Assembly: GCA_964471915.1 (NCBI GenBank)
Contig: CAYYID010000007.1
Span: forward strand, 35,567-99,566
Reading direction: 5' to 3'
Length of the DNA stretch: 64,000 bases
Source: an uncultured Solibacteraceae bacterium
Lineage (GTDB): Bacteria; Acidobacteriota; Terriglobia; Bryobacterales; Bryobacteraceae
Position 1 is the first letter of the stretch. Each line of letters starts with the position of its first letter. Shown piece after piece: positions 39,020 through 49,029 of the stretch. The translations under genes were made by a program, and so were the position numbers. A model generated the notes under the pieces. It had not been told where the DNA came from and searched no databases. It worked only from the letters and a program-made list of their open reading frames with translations.

Positions 39020-41564
39020 ACTCCAGTGCCTCCACGAGAGAGCCGCGCACGGCGGACTCGGCGGGTCCGAGCGCGGCGATCAACGCCGATCCCAGGATGA
39101 CGGGCAGCAGCGCGAGCGCGATCTCCGCCGGGTACGTGTAATCCAGGCGCAATCCCGCCAGATCGCGGCGCGCGATTTCGAGAGTGTAGTAAAGCTGTGC
39201 CGCGCCGAGCGCCAGCCCGAGGAGCAGGCCGAGCAATCCGATGGCGGCGGCTTCCATCCAGATCGTGCGGCGGATCTGGTTGCGCAGGCCGCCCACGGCC
39301 TGGATCACGCCGAGTTCCCGCCGCCGGTCGGTGATCGAGACGGTGAGCGAGTTGACGATCCCGAGGATCGCCACCAGCACCGCGACCGCGATCTGGACGT
39401 AGGTGAGGCCGAACCACTGGTCGGTGAGCCGCAGGATGTAGGCGCGCAGTTCTTTGTTGGTGAAGACGAACAGGCGCCGCTGGTCGCCGAAGCGCTCCAG
39501 GATCTTCGCCCGCACCTGCGCGTCCGTGTAGCCCGGCTTCAGGTACAGCCGGAAGACGTTGACCGAGCGGTCGTTCCATTTGTCGATGAAGAGAGCGCGC
39601 GACATCAGCAGGCTGCCGAGCTGGTCCGAATAGTCCTGGACGATGCCGACAATGGGCAGCGTCAGCGCGCCGCCGGGCGCGGGCAGGTCCACGGCGTCGC
39701 CGAGCTTGTAGCCGTGCAGGAGGGCGAAGTTGTCGCTCGCGATCACGCCTTTACCGGCGCTGGCCAGCGTGTACATGCGCTCCTCGTCGCCCTCGAGCGC
39801 GGGGAGCCGCGCGCGCTTGCCCAGCGAATCGATGTCCGCGGCCACCAGCATGATCGGCTTGTTCCGCACCTGCACGCGGACGCTGCGCACGAACTGGATG
39901 AGATCCACGCCCTCGATCTTGCGGATTTCGTCGCCGATCTCCGGCGGGAAGATGAAGCTGCGCGAGGTCAGGGACTCCGAGGTGGAAACGAAGAGGTCCG
40001 GATTCAGCGCCACCGCCATCCACCTGGTGATCGAAGCGTAACTGGCTCTTGCCAGGCCGGCCAGCGAGACCACCAGCGCGAGCGAGAGCATCAGCGCGGC
40101 GACGGTGCCCGAGGTGCGGCGCGGGGCCTGGATGAGGGAGTCCGCGGCCAGCGTGCCCTCCACCGGGCGCAGCGCTTTCAGGAAGGGCCGCAGCAGGCGG
40201 GAGAGCGCGAGCGAAGCGCTGGGCGTGAGCAGCAGAGCGGCAAAGATGGCGAGCAAGTATCCGGCGTAGAAGATCACCCGCTGCTGGCTAAAGATCAGGC
40301 ACAAGAACGAGGCCGCCGCGCAGAGGGCGGCAGCCAGGCGCCGCGCGTTGGTCTCCCTTTGCGTTGGGGTCTCGTAAGCCCCCTTGTGGAGCGCCTTCAC
40401 GGGATCGATCCCGGCGGCCTGCCGCGCAGGCAGCCACGCCGCCACCACGCTGGTGACCACGCCAATCGCCAACGAGAACGCCAGCAGCCGCGGATCGAGA
40501 GCCAGTTCCTCGGCGCGCTGCGCGATGCCGTACACCTCGCCCAGCAGGCTGCTGATATAGCCCGCCATGACGCGCGCGATCAGGATGCCGAATGCGACGC
40601 CGAGCCCGGCGCCCAGCAATCCCAACACGGCGCTCTCGCCCAGGAACAGCGCGCGGATCTGCCCGCGGGTGGCGCCGAGCGCCCGCAGGATGCCGATCTC
40701 GCTGCGGCGCTGCGTCACCGCGATCGCGAAGGTGTTGTAGATGATGAACATCCCGATGAACAGCGCAAACAGGCTGGTGATCGTGGAGCCGAGCGAATAA
40801 ATCTGCGCGGTGTTCTCGAACTGCTGGCCGCGCGACGACGGCGGTTCGACTTGAAAGCCAGGACCAAGTGCGGCCTGCACTCGCGCGAGCACGTCCTCGA
40901 CCTTGGCGTCCTCGGCCACCGCGAGATCGATGCGGTCGAATTTGGGGCCGCGGCCGAAGATCTTCTGCGCGGCGTAGATGTCCATGATCCCGAGGCTGCC
41001 GCCGAAGGCGCTGGCGATGCCGCCGTCGCGCATGATGCCGCGCACGGTGAATTCGCGGCGTCCCGCCATCGTGTCCATCGGGATCTTCGCGCCAATGGCG
41101 AGCCGGTTGGCTTGGGCGAACCGCCGCGTGATCATCAGCGAGTCAGGCTGGGCGAGGAACACGAGCGGATCCTCGATGGCGTCTTCGTTGGAGCCTTCGA
41201 GGTCGTAGTCGCGCAGGCTCCGGTCGCCGGTCATATCGACGCCGAGGATCAGCAGGTTGCCCTGGCCGGGGAGTCCGGTGCCGGCGGTGGCTTCGAGGAC
41301 CGGCACCGCGACGCGCACGCCGGGCACCGCCTGAACCTTTTCCAGCACGCTTTCGTCGAACCCGGGCTCTCCGGCCGTCACTTGCAGCTGCGTCGCCCCG
41401 GCGATCTGGTTGATGGTCTGCTGGAACGCGAACAGGACGCTCTGGTTCGCCGTATGCATGCCGACGAAGACCGCGACGCCGATCACGATGCCGGCGATCG
41501 TCAGCGCGGTCCGCAGCAGGTGCTTGCGGACATACTGCCAGGAAATGAGGCGCAGCAGGATCAT
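39012..41564 (-). CDS. ABC transporter permease with duplicated FtsX domains (MacB/ADOP-like)
   Basis: About 850 aa with two FtsX 4-TM modules and two periplasmic domains. The ATG at 41564 (MILLRLISWQYVRK...) overlaps the ATPase stop (ATGA); the ORF track extends to 41636. Confidence 0.85.
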   Translation of the reverse strand: MILLRLISWQYVRKHLLRTALTIAGIVIGVAVFVGMHTANQSVLFAFQQTINQIAGATQLQVTAGEPGFDESVLEKVQAVPGVRVAVPVLEATAGTGLPGQGNLLILGVDMTGDRSLRDYDLEGSNEDAIEDPLVFLAQPDSLMITRRFAQANRLAIGAKIPMDTMAGRREFTVRGIMRDGGIASAFGGSLGIMDIYAAQKIFGRGPKFDRIDLAVAEDAKVEDVLARVQAALGPGFQVEPPSSRGQQFENTAQIYSLGSTITSLFALFIGMFIIYNTFAIAVTQRRSEIGILRALGATRGQIRALFLGESAVLGLLGAGLGVAFGILIARVMAGYISSLLGEVYGIAQRAEELALDPRLLAFSLAIGVVTSVVAAWLPARQAAGIDPVKALHKGAYETPTQRETNARRLAAALCAAASFLCLIFSQQRVIFYAGYLLAIFAALLLTPSASLALSRLLRPFLKALRPVEGTLAADSLIQAPRRTSGTVAALMLSLALVVSLAGLARASYASITRWMAVALNPDLFVSTSESLTSRSFIFPPEIGDEIRKIEGVDLIQFVRSVRVQVRNKPIMLVAADIDSLGKRARLPALEGDEERMYTLASAGKGVIASDNFALLHGYKLGDAVDLPAPGGALTLPIVGIVQDYSDQLGSLLMSRALFIDKWNDRSVNVFRLYLKPGYTDAQVRAKILERFGDQRRLFVFTNKELRAYILRLTDQWFGLTYVQIAVAVLVAILGIVNSLTVSITDRRRELGVIQAVGGLRNQIRRTIWMEAAAIGLLGLLLGLALGAAQLYYTLEIARRDLAGLRLDYTYPAEIALALLPVILGSALIAALGPAESAVRGSLVEALEYE

Positions 41565-42253
41565 GGCAGCGCCGGGTTGGCGCGGCGGACGTCGGCCTCG
41601 ATGCGTCCGTCGCGCAGGGTCACGGTCCGGTCGCAACTTTGGGCGACGTTCGGGTCGTGCGTCACGATCAGGATGGTGGCGTTCAGCCGCTCATGCAGGT
41701 CGTGAATCAGCTTCAGGATCTCCACGCCGGTCCGCGAGTCGAGGTTGCCGGTCGGCTCATCGGCGAGCAGCACCGGCGGATAGACGCTGAGGGCACGCGC
41801 GATGGCGACGCGCTGGCGCTCGCCGCCGGAAAGCTCTTCGGGCAGGTGTTCCAGGCGCTTGGTGAGGCCGACCAGATCCAGCAGCTCGCGGGCGCGGTCG
41901 TCGATCTTCTTGCGCGGCCAGCCCCGCAGGTGTAGCGGAAGCGACACGTTCTCGAGGCAGCTTAAGGTCGGCAAGAGGTTGAAAAACTGGAAGATGAAGC
42001 CGATCTTGTCCCGCCGCAGGCGGGTCAACTCGTCGTCCGAAAGGGATTCGAGCGCCGCGCCGTCCACTTCGATGCGTCCGGCGGTGGGGCGGTCCAGTCC
42101 CCCGATGAGGTTCAGCATCGTGGACTTGCCGGAGCCGGAGGCGCCGACGATGGCGATCAGCTCGCCTTTTTCGATGCTCAGGTCGATGGAGTCGAGCGCG
42201 ACGACGCGGCGTTTGCCCTCGAACTCCTTGTGGACTTGGGAAAGATCGATCAC
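41561..42253 (-). CDS. ABC transporter ATP-binding protein (MacB/LolD-type)
   Basis: GASGSGKST, LSGGERQRVAIARAL, LLADEPTGNLD. GTG start at 42253 (VIDLSQVHKEF); the long upstream extension in the ORF track has no coding support. Confidence 0.85.
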   Translation of the reverse strand: MIDLSQVHKEFEGKRRVVALDSIDLSIEKGELIAIVGASGSGKSTMLNLIGGLDRPTAGRIEVDGAALESLSDDELTRLRRDKIGFIFQFFNLLPTLSCLENVSLPLHLRGWPRKKIDDRARELLDLVGLTKRLEHLPEELSGGERQRVAIARALSVYPPVLLADEPTGNLDSRTGVEILKLIHDLHERLNATILIVTHDPNVAQSCDRTVTLRDGRIEADVRRANPALP

Positions 42254-42404
42254 GGAACCGCTACCAACCTGTATGATGCCGAAACCATGTCTGTGGGCGT
42301 GAGCTTTTTTGCGCGGAGGAGCAAAAACCGGGCCGCGACCGTCAGGGAGCGGCAATCGCCATTCTCTCACACCCCCCTGTCGCGATCCGCGACAATGGAC
42401 CACA

Positions 42405-44330
42405 ATGCGCATCGGCATCGACACCGGGGGCACGTTCACCGATTTCCTCATCCTCCACAACGACGGGACCCTCGAAACCTTCAAGCTGCGCTCGAATCCG
42501 CGGAACCCGGCGGAAGTGATCCTGGCGGGCATCGAACGGGCGGCGCGCGGTAAGAACACCGCCGTTGTCCACGGCTCCACCGTCGCCACGAACGCTCTGC
42601 TGGAGCGCAAAGGCGTCCGCACGGCGTTCGTGACTACCGCGGGCTTCGAGGACATCCTCGAAATCGGCCGCCAGAACCGGCCGGAGCTGTACAATCTAAC
42701 CCCCGCGCCGCGCCGGCTGCTGGTGGATCCCGCACTGTGCTTCGGCGTTGCGGAACGCACGTGGTTCGATGGCACGGCGGCCGCAAAGCCCGCGGCGGCG
42801 GACCTCGCCAAGCTGCGGCGCAGGCTGGAACGGCAGAAGGTCCGCTCGGTGGCGATTTGTCTCCTGCACTCCTACGCGAACCCCGAGAACGAACAATCCG
42901 TCCGCGACGCGCTCGCCGGACTCGGCTATGTCTGCGCTTCGCACGAGATCAGTCCCGAGTTTCGCGAGTTCGAGCGCGCCTCCACCACCGCGATCAACGC
43001 CTACGTCGGCCCCCTGATGGACGCCTATCTCGGGGACCTTGCCGCGCGGTGCCCGTACCCTTTGAGCATCATGCAGTCGAACGGCGGTGTCCTCGATGCG
43101 GCCGAAGCGCGGCACCATGCTGTCCGCACGGTCCTTTCCGGACCGGCGGGCGGCGTGGTCGGCGCCCTCACCGCCGCCCGCGCCTCGGGTGTGAAGCGGC
43201 TGCTCGGTTTCGACATGGGCGGCACGTCCACCGACGTTTCGCTGTGTGACGGAGAGCCGCGCGAGACCACGGAGTCGCGAATCGACGGCATGCCGGTGCG
43301 GATCCCGATGCTCGAGATCCACACCGTGGGCGCGGGCGGCGGGTCGCTCGCCCGGGTGGACGCCGGCGGTCTCCTCCGCGTCGGACCGCAGAGCGCCGGC
43401 GCGGACCCCGGCCCCGCCTGCTACGGCAAAGGCGTCGACGCCGCCGTCACCGATGCGCACGTGGTCCTCGGGCGGGTGGAGAGCCTGCTGGGCGGGGCCA
43501 TGCCCGTCGATCGCGGCCGCGCCGAAGCCGCCGTCGATGCGATCGCGAAGCCGCTGCGGATCGGCCGCGTGGCGGCCGCCGCCGGGATCCTGCGCGTCGC
43601 CAACGCCAACATGGAGCGCGCCATCCGCGTGGTCAGCGTGGAGCGCGGCTACGACCCGCGGGACTTCGCGCTGGTTGCTTTCGGGGGCTGCGGCGGGCTG
43701 CATGCGTGCGAGATCGCGGCGGAACTCGGGATCACGAAGGTGATCGTGCCCGAGTACGCCGGTGCGCTGTCGGCGCTCGGCATGCTGGCCGCCGACGCTG
43801 TCCGCGATTACTCGGCGAGCGTGATCGGCCAGCCGCGGCCGGAGCGGGCCTTCGCCGCGCTGGAAACAGCCGCCCGGCGCGAGTTGCGCGGCGCCCCACT
43901 GGAGCGCTCCGCCGATCTGCGGTACGCCGGCCAGAGTTACGAGATCAATGTCCCCTGGACGGCCGGCGGAGCCGCCGCGGCCTTCCACCGCGAGCACCGG
44001 CGGATCTACGGCTATGCGCTGCCCGCGCGCGCGGTGGAGGTGGTCGCCGTGCGCGTTCGCGCGCGCCGGGCCGTCGCCAAGCCGCGGCTCACCGCGCCGG
44101 CGCGGTCGAAAGTCCGCCCCGGCGTGCGTCAGGTGTTTGTCGATGGCGGCTGGAGCCAGCTTGCGGTGTACCAGCGGGCGCAGGTCCCCGCACGGGCGGT
44201 CCGGGGTCCGGCACTGGTTATCGACTACGGCTCGACGACCCTGATTCCTTCGGCGTGGCGCTTTTCGGTGGACCGGGCGGGGAATCTGGTGGCCGTCGCG
44301 GACGCTGCCGCGCGGAAACGGACTGAATAA
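42405..44330 (+). CDS. hydantoinase/oxoprolinase family protein (HyuA-type)
   Basis: MRIGIDTGGTFTDF N-terminal ASKHA fold signature; length about 640 aa. Confidence 0.85.
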   Translation: MRIGIDTGGTFTDFLILHNDGTLETFKLRSNPRNPAEVILAGIERAARGKNTAVVHGSTVATNALLERKGVRTAFVTTAGFEDILEIGRQNRPELYNLTPAPRRLLVDPALCFGVAERTWFDGTAAAKPAAADLAKLRRRLERQKVRSVAICLLHSYANPENEQSVRDALAGLGYVCASHEISPEFREFERASTTAINAYVGPLMDAYLGDLAARCPYPLSIMQSNGGVLDAAEARHHAVRTVLSGPAGGVVGALTAARASGVKRLLGFDMGGTSTDVSLCDGEPRETTESRIDGMPVRIPMLEIHTVGAGGGSLARVDAGGLLRVGPQSAGADPGPACYGKGVDAAVTDAHVVLGRVESLLGGAMPVDRGRAEAAVDAIAKPLRIGRVAAAAGILRVANANMERAIRVVSVERGYDPRDFALVAFGGCGGLHACEIAAELGITKVIVPEYAGALSALGMLAADAVRDYSASVIGQPRPERAFAALETAARRELRGAPLERSADLRYAGQSYEINVPWTAGGAAAAFHREHRRIYGYALPARAVEVVAVRVRARRAVAKPRLTAPARSKVRPGVRQVFVDGGWSQLAVYQRAQVPARAVRGPALVIDYGSTTLIPSAWRFSVDRAGNLVAVADAAARKRTE

Positions 44331-44721
44331 CCAACTGCCGCTTCGCCTGCGGCGCGCCCGGCCACGCCCTGTGGATCAGGTCGACGATTTCGGGGCGGTC
44401 CAGATCGGCGGGACTCTCGAGCCGGATGCTCCGGACCGTGCTGCCCTTGCCTTCCATTAGGCCCCCGGGGTCCGCCAGCCGGGCGCCCTTCAGGAAGAAC
44501 AGCGTAACCCATTTGTGGTACAGCGCGATGGAGAACACAGCGTCCGACGGTTTCAGCGTGGGCGAGAAGCCGATCACCAGCGCGTTGTAGTTGTCGTAGA
44601 CCAGTTCCACAGCCCCCGGCAACAGGCGCTGCAACTTTTTCCGTGCCGCCACCGCCTGCGCGGCGATCGCCGCCAGGTACTTGGCCAGGAACTCCGCGAG
44701 CTGGGCTTCGGCGTCCGGCAT
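44218..44721 (-). CDS. DUF1801 (YdhG-like) domain protein
   Basis: Family-like core ...LVYDNYNALVIGFSPTLKPSDAVFSIALYHKWVTLFF.... The tail overlaps the 3' end of hyuA and may be over-extended. Confidence 0.55.
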   Translation of the reverse strand: MPDAEAQLAEFLAKYLAAIAAQAVAARKKLQRLLPGAVELVYDNYNALVIGFSPTLKPSDAVFSIALYHKWVTLFFLKGARLADPGGLMEGKGSTVRSIRLESPADLDRPEIVDLIHRAWPGAPQAKRQLVIQSVSARQRPRRPPDSPPGPPKSATPKESGSSSRSR

Positions 44722-45669
44722 TTAGGGTATTGGCCTTCGCTTCAGGAACTCGACGATATGCCCGGCGATCTCCTCGCCCTTATCGTCCTGGAGGAAGTGT
44801 CCCGCACCCTGGATCACGATCTCGGGCTCGTTCTTCGCCGACGGGATCAGCGCCCGGAACATCTTGTCGCCGCCCCGGGTGATCGCGTCCTGGTCCGAGA
44901 ACATCACCAGCGCCGGCTTGGTCCATTTCGAGAGCACCTCGCGGGCTTTCTTCATACGGGGCACGGCGGGGTCGTCCGGCGTCACCGGTACCAGCGCCGG
45001 GAAGATGTGCGCGCCGGCTTTGTAACGGGCGTCCGGGAACGGAGCGTCATACGCCGCGATCTCGGCGGGTGTCAGTTTCACGATGCGCATCGCGCCGGCG
45101 ATCATGCGCCCCACCGGCATGTCGGTCTGCTGCGCGGCCAGCGCCCGCCACTGCATGAATGCGGGCCCGGGGTTCTCGCCTACCGGCAACCCGGTATTCA
45201 TGATCACCAGCCGTGCGAAGCGGTCCGGTACCTCGCCCACCAGCGCCGGCCCCAGCAGCCCGCCCCAGTCCTGACAGATCAGCGTGATGTTCCGAAGATT
45301 GCGCTTCTCGACGAACGCCTTCAGCGCGGCCAGGTGCATTTCGAACGTGTAGTCGGACTTGTTGGGCAACTTGTCGGAGCGGCCGAAGCCGATCAGGTCC
45401 GGGGCGATCACCCGGTTGTTCTTGGCGAGGATCGGGATCATCCGACGGTACAAGTACGACCAGGACGGCTCGCCGTGCAAAGCGAGGATTACCGGGCCTT
45501 TGCCCTCGTCCACGTAATGCATGCGCTTTCCGGCAACCTTCACATAGTGGGGCTGGAAGGGATAGCCGGGCAGGTTCTGGAACCGGGAGTCCGGAGTGCG
45601 GAGGATCTCGCCGGAGCCCAACAGCGCGGTCGAAAGGAGTATGAGCGCGAGTCGCATGCTTTCGATCAT
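44722..45669 (-). CDS. haloalkane dehalogenase-like alpha/beta hydrolase, secreted
   Basis: [17 protein letters not shown] nucleophile elbow (Asp), C-terminal His. Signal peptide from the ATG at 45669. Confidence 0.8.
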   Translation of the reverse strand: MIESMRLALILLSTALLGSGEILRTPDSRFQNLPGYPFQPHYVKVAGKRMHYVDEGKGPVILALHGEPSWSYLYRRMIPILAKNNRVIAPDLIGFGRSDKLPNKSDYTFEMHLAALKAFVEKRNLRNITLICQDWGGLLGPALVGEVPDRFARLVIMNTGLPVGENPGPAFMQWRALAAQQTDMPVGRMIAGAMRIVKLTPAEIAAYDAPFPDARYKAGAHIFPALVPVTPDDPAVPRMKKAREVLSKWTKPALVMFSDQDAITRGGDKMFRALIPSAKNEPEIVIQGAGHFLQDDKGEEIAGHIVEFLKRRPIP

Positions 45670-45845
45670 AGAGCCAGTTGTCCTCCGGCGTCGCGGCCGG
45701 ACGGGTAAAAATCCGTATCTCCTGAATCTGTGCAAGAATTTGCAAATAATCGACTTGCCGCGGAATCCCCGGCGGCGAAGCGCGAGGAATCAACCACTTG
45801 CGCCTGCTACGCGGCAGACTCCAGCGGACCCCGGTTCGGCTCCGC

Positions 45846-47060
45846 ATGTGTTCTCATAAAGGAATCGATCTGGAACTCACCCCCGAAAAATGGGTCTATG
45901 GCGGGGACTCTCTGGCGCGCGTGGATGGCCGCGTTGCGCTTACACCCCTGCTTCTGCCCGGCGAAGCCGCGCAAGTGGCTCTCGAACCCGCCAAGGGCGG
46001 CATCCTCCGCGGCCGGGTCCTGGAAGTCCGCCATCCGTCGCCGGACCGCGTGGATCCCCTATGCCCGCACTTTGGCGCCTGCGGCGGCTGCCATTACCAG
46101 CATGCCGGCTATGCCTTCCAGGTCTCGCGCAAGGCCGACATCCTTCGCGAACAGATCAAACGGGTCGGCCGCATCGACTGGACCGGACCGATCGCCACGG
46201 TGACTGGCGACCCCTGGCGCTACCGCAACCGCGTCCAGGTGCACTTCGGCGATGCGGGCGCCGGTTACTTCGCGGCCGGTTCCCATGATCTCGTGCCCGT
46301 GACCCAATGTCCCGTGGCCGCGGAGCCGCTGGAGCACGCCATCGCCGTGCTCAACGCCATGCACGACCTGGAGCAGTTTCCACGCTTCCTGCGGTCGCTC
46401 GAGCTGTTCACGAACGGCAGCGAGGTGCAGGTGAACGTGCTCGAAACCGGGCGCAAGCTGGCGCGCTGGTTCTTCGACTGGCTGGCCGAGGCGCTGCCGG
46501 GAGCTACCGCTCCGGCGCTCGATTACAACGTGGGCGGCCTGGCCTTCCGCGTCAGCCACGATTCGTTCTTTCAGGTGAACCGCTTCCTCGTCGATGACCT
46601 GGCCCGGCTGGCCACGGGCGAGGCGAGCGGTGGCTTCGCGCTCGACCTTTATGCGGGCGTCGGGCTCTTTTCGCTGGCCCTGGCCCCGCGTTTCGAGCGC
46701 GTGCTCGCGGTGGAAGCCAGCGGCAGCGCCGCCCGCGACCTGGCGTACAACGCTGCGCGCTGCGCCCGCGCTGTAGACATCCAGCAGGCGCGCGCGGAAG
46801 AAGCCCTGGCGGAGGTCACGGACCGGCCGGACCTCGTCCTCGCCGATCCTCCGCGCGCCGGCCTCGGCAAGTCCGTGACGCGGGAACTGCTGCGGCTCGC
46901 CGCGCCCGCCGTCACCCTGGTGTCCTGCGATCCAGCGACGCTCGCGCGCGATCTCGCAGACCTCACCCGCGGCGGCTATGCCATCGAGGACGTCACGCTA
47001 ATCGATTTGTTCCCGCAGACGTACCACATAGAATCCGTCGTCCGCCTGCGACGCGGCTAG
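45846..47060 (+). CDS. RumA/TrmA-family RNA (uracil-5)-methyltransferase with TRAM domain and Fe-S cysteines
   Basis: CPHFGACGGCHYQH cluster; SAM-binding fold; C-terminal catalytic Cys region. Confidence 0.8.
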   Translation: MCSHKGIDLELTPEKWVYGGDSLARVDGRVALTPLLLPGEAAQVALEPAKGGILRGRVLEVRHPSPDRVDPLCPHFGACGGCHYQHAGYAFQVSRKADILREQIKRVGRIDWTGPIATVTGDPWRYRNRVQVHFGDAGAGYFAAGSHDLVPVTQCPVAAEPLEHAIAVLNAMHDLEQFPRFLRSLELFTNGSEVQVNVLETGRKLARWFFDWLAEALPGATAPALDYNVGGLAFRVSHDSFFQVNRFLVDDLARLATGEASGGFALDLYAGVGLFSLALAPRFERVLAVEASGSAARDLAYNAARCARAVDIQQARAEEALAEVTDRPDLVLADPPRAGLGKSVTRELLRLAAPAVTLVSCDPATLARDLADLTRGGYAIEDVTLIDLFPQTYHIESVVRLRRG

Positions 47061-47461
47061 CCAAGAAATCGCTGCAGACGTTGTTCGAGGCGAACGGCGC
47101 TAACGGTTTCGCACTCCCAGATAACGAGGCAGGCCCATCCCAGGCGGGCGAGCTTTCTGCGGCTGCGCGCATCGCGCTCGCGGTTCCCCTCCAGCTTAGG
47201 CCGCCAGTAGGACTGCCGGGACTTCGGGATACGGCCTTCCCGGCAGCGCCCGTGCAGGTGCCAGAAACAGCCATGCACGAAGATCACCTTTCTTCGTGAC
47301 GGGAATACCAGGTCTGGCTTGCCCGGCAGGTCGCGGCGGTGCAACCGGAACCGATAGCCCAGTGCGTGCGCCAGACGGCGAACCACGATCTCTGGATGAG
47401 AGTCCTTCGACCGGATCCGCCGCATGTTCTCGCTGCGCTCCAATCTGCTGAGCCGGTCCAT
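47057..47461 (-). CDS. vsr: very-short-patch repair endonuclease
   Basis: SRLERSENMRRIRSKDSHPEIVVRRLAHALGYRFRLH...GKPDLVF...FVHGCFWHLH...WECE: full Vsr signature. Confidence 0.9.
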   Translation of the reverse strand: MDRLSRLERSENMRRIRSKDSHPEIVVRRLAHALGYRFRLHRRDLPGKPDLVFPSRRKVIFVHGCFWHLHGRCREGRIPKSRQSYWRPKLEGNRERDARSRRKLARLGWACLVIWECETVSAVRLEQRLQRFLG

Positions 47462-47464
47462 AAA

Positions 47465-48070
47465 CTACTTCTCGTGCAGTATCTCTTCCGCACGGTCTGG
47501 GTACTTGCGCAGTAGCCAACGCAAGACGTCGAGTTGGTCTTTTCCCGTCGCGCGCCGAAGTTGCGCGAGGAGCTTGCTGGACGAAGGCCGGTCCGGAGTG
47601 AGATTCCGAGAACCTTCGTTGCATACCGAGCAAACCGCGCGAAGGTTGGACAACTCGTCCGCGCCGCCCATCGACTTGTCCACGATGTGGCCGATATGGA
47701 GCCGGGTTCTGCGTGACGAGTCGTAAGGGTGCGGTTCCCCAGCTACCGCTCCGCACATCTGGCATGTGAAGCCGTTGCGATCGAGAACCAAGGCGCGCAA
47801 CTCCTTGCTCATGGTACGGGCAAACGCCGGCCGGGGCCTAGGATCGATCAAAAGGTACTGACCCGGCTTCAAGTCGCTGCGGTCGTTATGCGTGAGAATC
47901 TGGTATCCCTCTTCATCGCGCAGCTCACGCACCCGGCGGGCCCATTCGCTGGCTCTGCCCGAAACAAGGCTCAGTTGTTCCGAATCGACGACTTGCCCAG
48001 CATTTTCCAGAAGGGATGCTCGCAGCTTGGCTTTCGCTCCATCGCGCCGCTTTCCAGCCCTTCTCGCCAT
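47465..48070 (-). CDS. HNH-family restriction endonuclease (predicted R subunit)
   Basis: CQMCG ... HIGHIVDKSMGG ... LRAVCSVCN HNH zinc-finger motifs. The ATG at 48070 shares its A with the methyltransferase TGA. Lower GC than the flanks. Confidence 0.7.
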   Translation of the reverse strand: MARRAGKRRDGAKAKLRASLLENAGQVVDSEQLSLVSGRASEWARRVRELRDEEGYQILTHNDRSDLKPGQYLLIDPRPRPAFARTMSKELRALVLDRNGFTCQMCGAVAGEPHPYDSSRRTRLHIGHIVDKSMGGADELSNLRAVCSVCNEGSRNLTPDRPSSSKLLAQLRRATGKDQLDVLRWLLRKYPDRAEEILHEK

Positions 48071-49029
48071 CAGACCGCCTTCGCGATCCGTTTCGCGCGC
48101 ACCGCTGTGGCGACCGATTCCGCCACTGCCCTCGCGACCGGAGGCGGGAACGCGTTGCCAACCTGCCGGTAAGCGGCGGTCTTTCTCCCCGAGAACTTCC
48201 ACTCCGGCGGAAACCCCTGCAGTAGAGCCGCCATCGCCACCGTAAGCTTCGGCATGCCGGCGAAGTCACGCGCAGGCGCCTCGTCTGCCACTCCGTGCGC
48301 GTCGACACTCAGTTGCTCCCAGGCCCGTTTGGCGCGGGTCGGCCCCAGGTCCGGCCCACCGTGCTTCTTGGACCCGCCCACAAGCGTTGGCGCGATGGAG
48401 TCCGCGCGCTCCCGCCAGAGCCTAGCCCCCTTCCAACCACGGGACCGCATGAGATCGAACAGCGTTTCTCCGACGCTCGCCGGCGGGGTTTGGGATGGCA
48501 GAGGCCACTCGAACGCTGGCCAAGAGTCCCGTCTCAAGGCGACAATCGCAACCCGCGGCCGCAGTTGCGGCACTCCATAATCGGAAGCGTTGAGGAGCTT
48601 CCAATCCGATTCGTAGCCCAGCGCGCTGAGCTGGTTCTTGAGGAAGCGCCGGTAGTCGTCGAACACCGCATCCAGAAAACCGCGGACGTTTTCGATCATT
48701 ACAGCCCGAGGACGGATCTCTTCGATGATGCGGAGCGCTGCCGGGAACAGATTGCGCTCGTCTTGGTCCCCCAGTTGCTTCCCCGCCACGGAAAACGGCG
48801 GGCACGGAAGACCGGCGGCGAGAAGGTCCACGCCGCGGTAGGGTCGCGGATCGAACGCATTGAGATCCTGCTCGATCACATTCCATGTGGGACGGTTCAG
48901 CCGGAGTGTCGCACACGCCTGAGGGTCGATCTCGACCAGCCCCACGTGACGGAAACCAGCCATCTCCAGGCCCAGCGCCTGTCCGCCGGCTCCCGCGCAC
49001 AACTCCAGCGATGTGAGGCCGCCGCTCAT
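48070..49029 (-). CDS. dcm: DNA (cytosine-5)-methyltransferase
   Basis: Motif I ELCAGAGG, motif IV GLPCPPFS, ENV motif. The ATG at 49029 is preceded by AAGAGGAA; the upstream 170 bp are AT-rich. Confidence 0.9.
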   Translation of the reverse strand: MSGGLTSLELCAGAGGQALGLEMAGFRHVGLVEIDPQACATLRLNRPTWNVIEQDLNAFDPRPYRGVDLLAAGLPCPPFSVAGKQLGDQDERNLFPAALRIIEEIRPRAVMIENVRGFLDAVFDDYRRFLKNQLSALGYESDWKLLNASDYGVPQLRPRVAIVALRRDSWPAFEWPLPSQTPPASVGETLFDLMRSRGWKGARLWRERADSIAPTLVGGSKKHGGPDLGPTRAKRAWEQLSVDAHGVADEAPARDFAGMPKLTVAMAALLQGFPPEWKFSGRKTAAYRQVGNAFPPPVARAVAESVATAVRAKRIAKAV

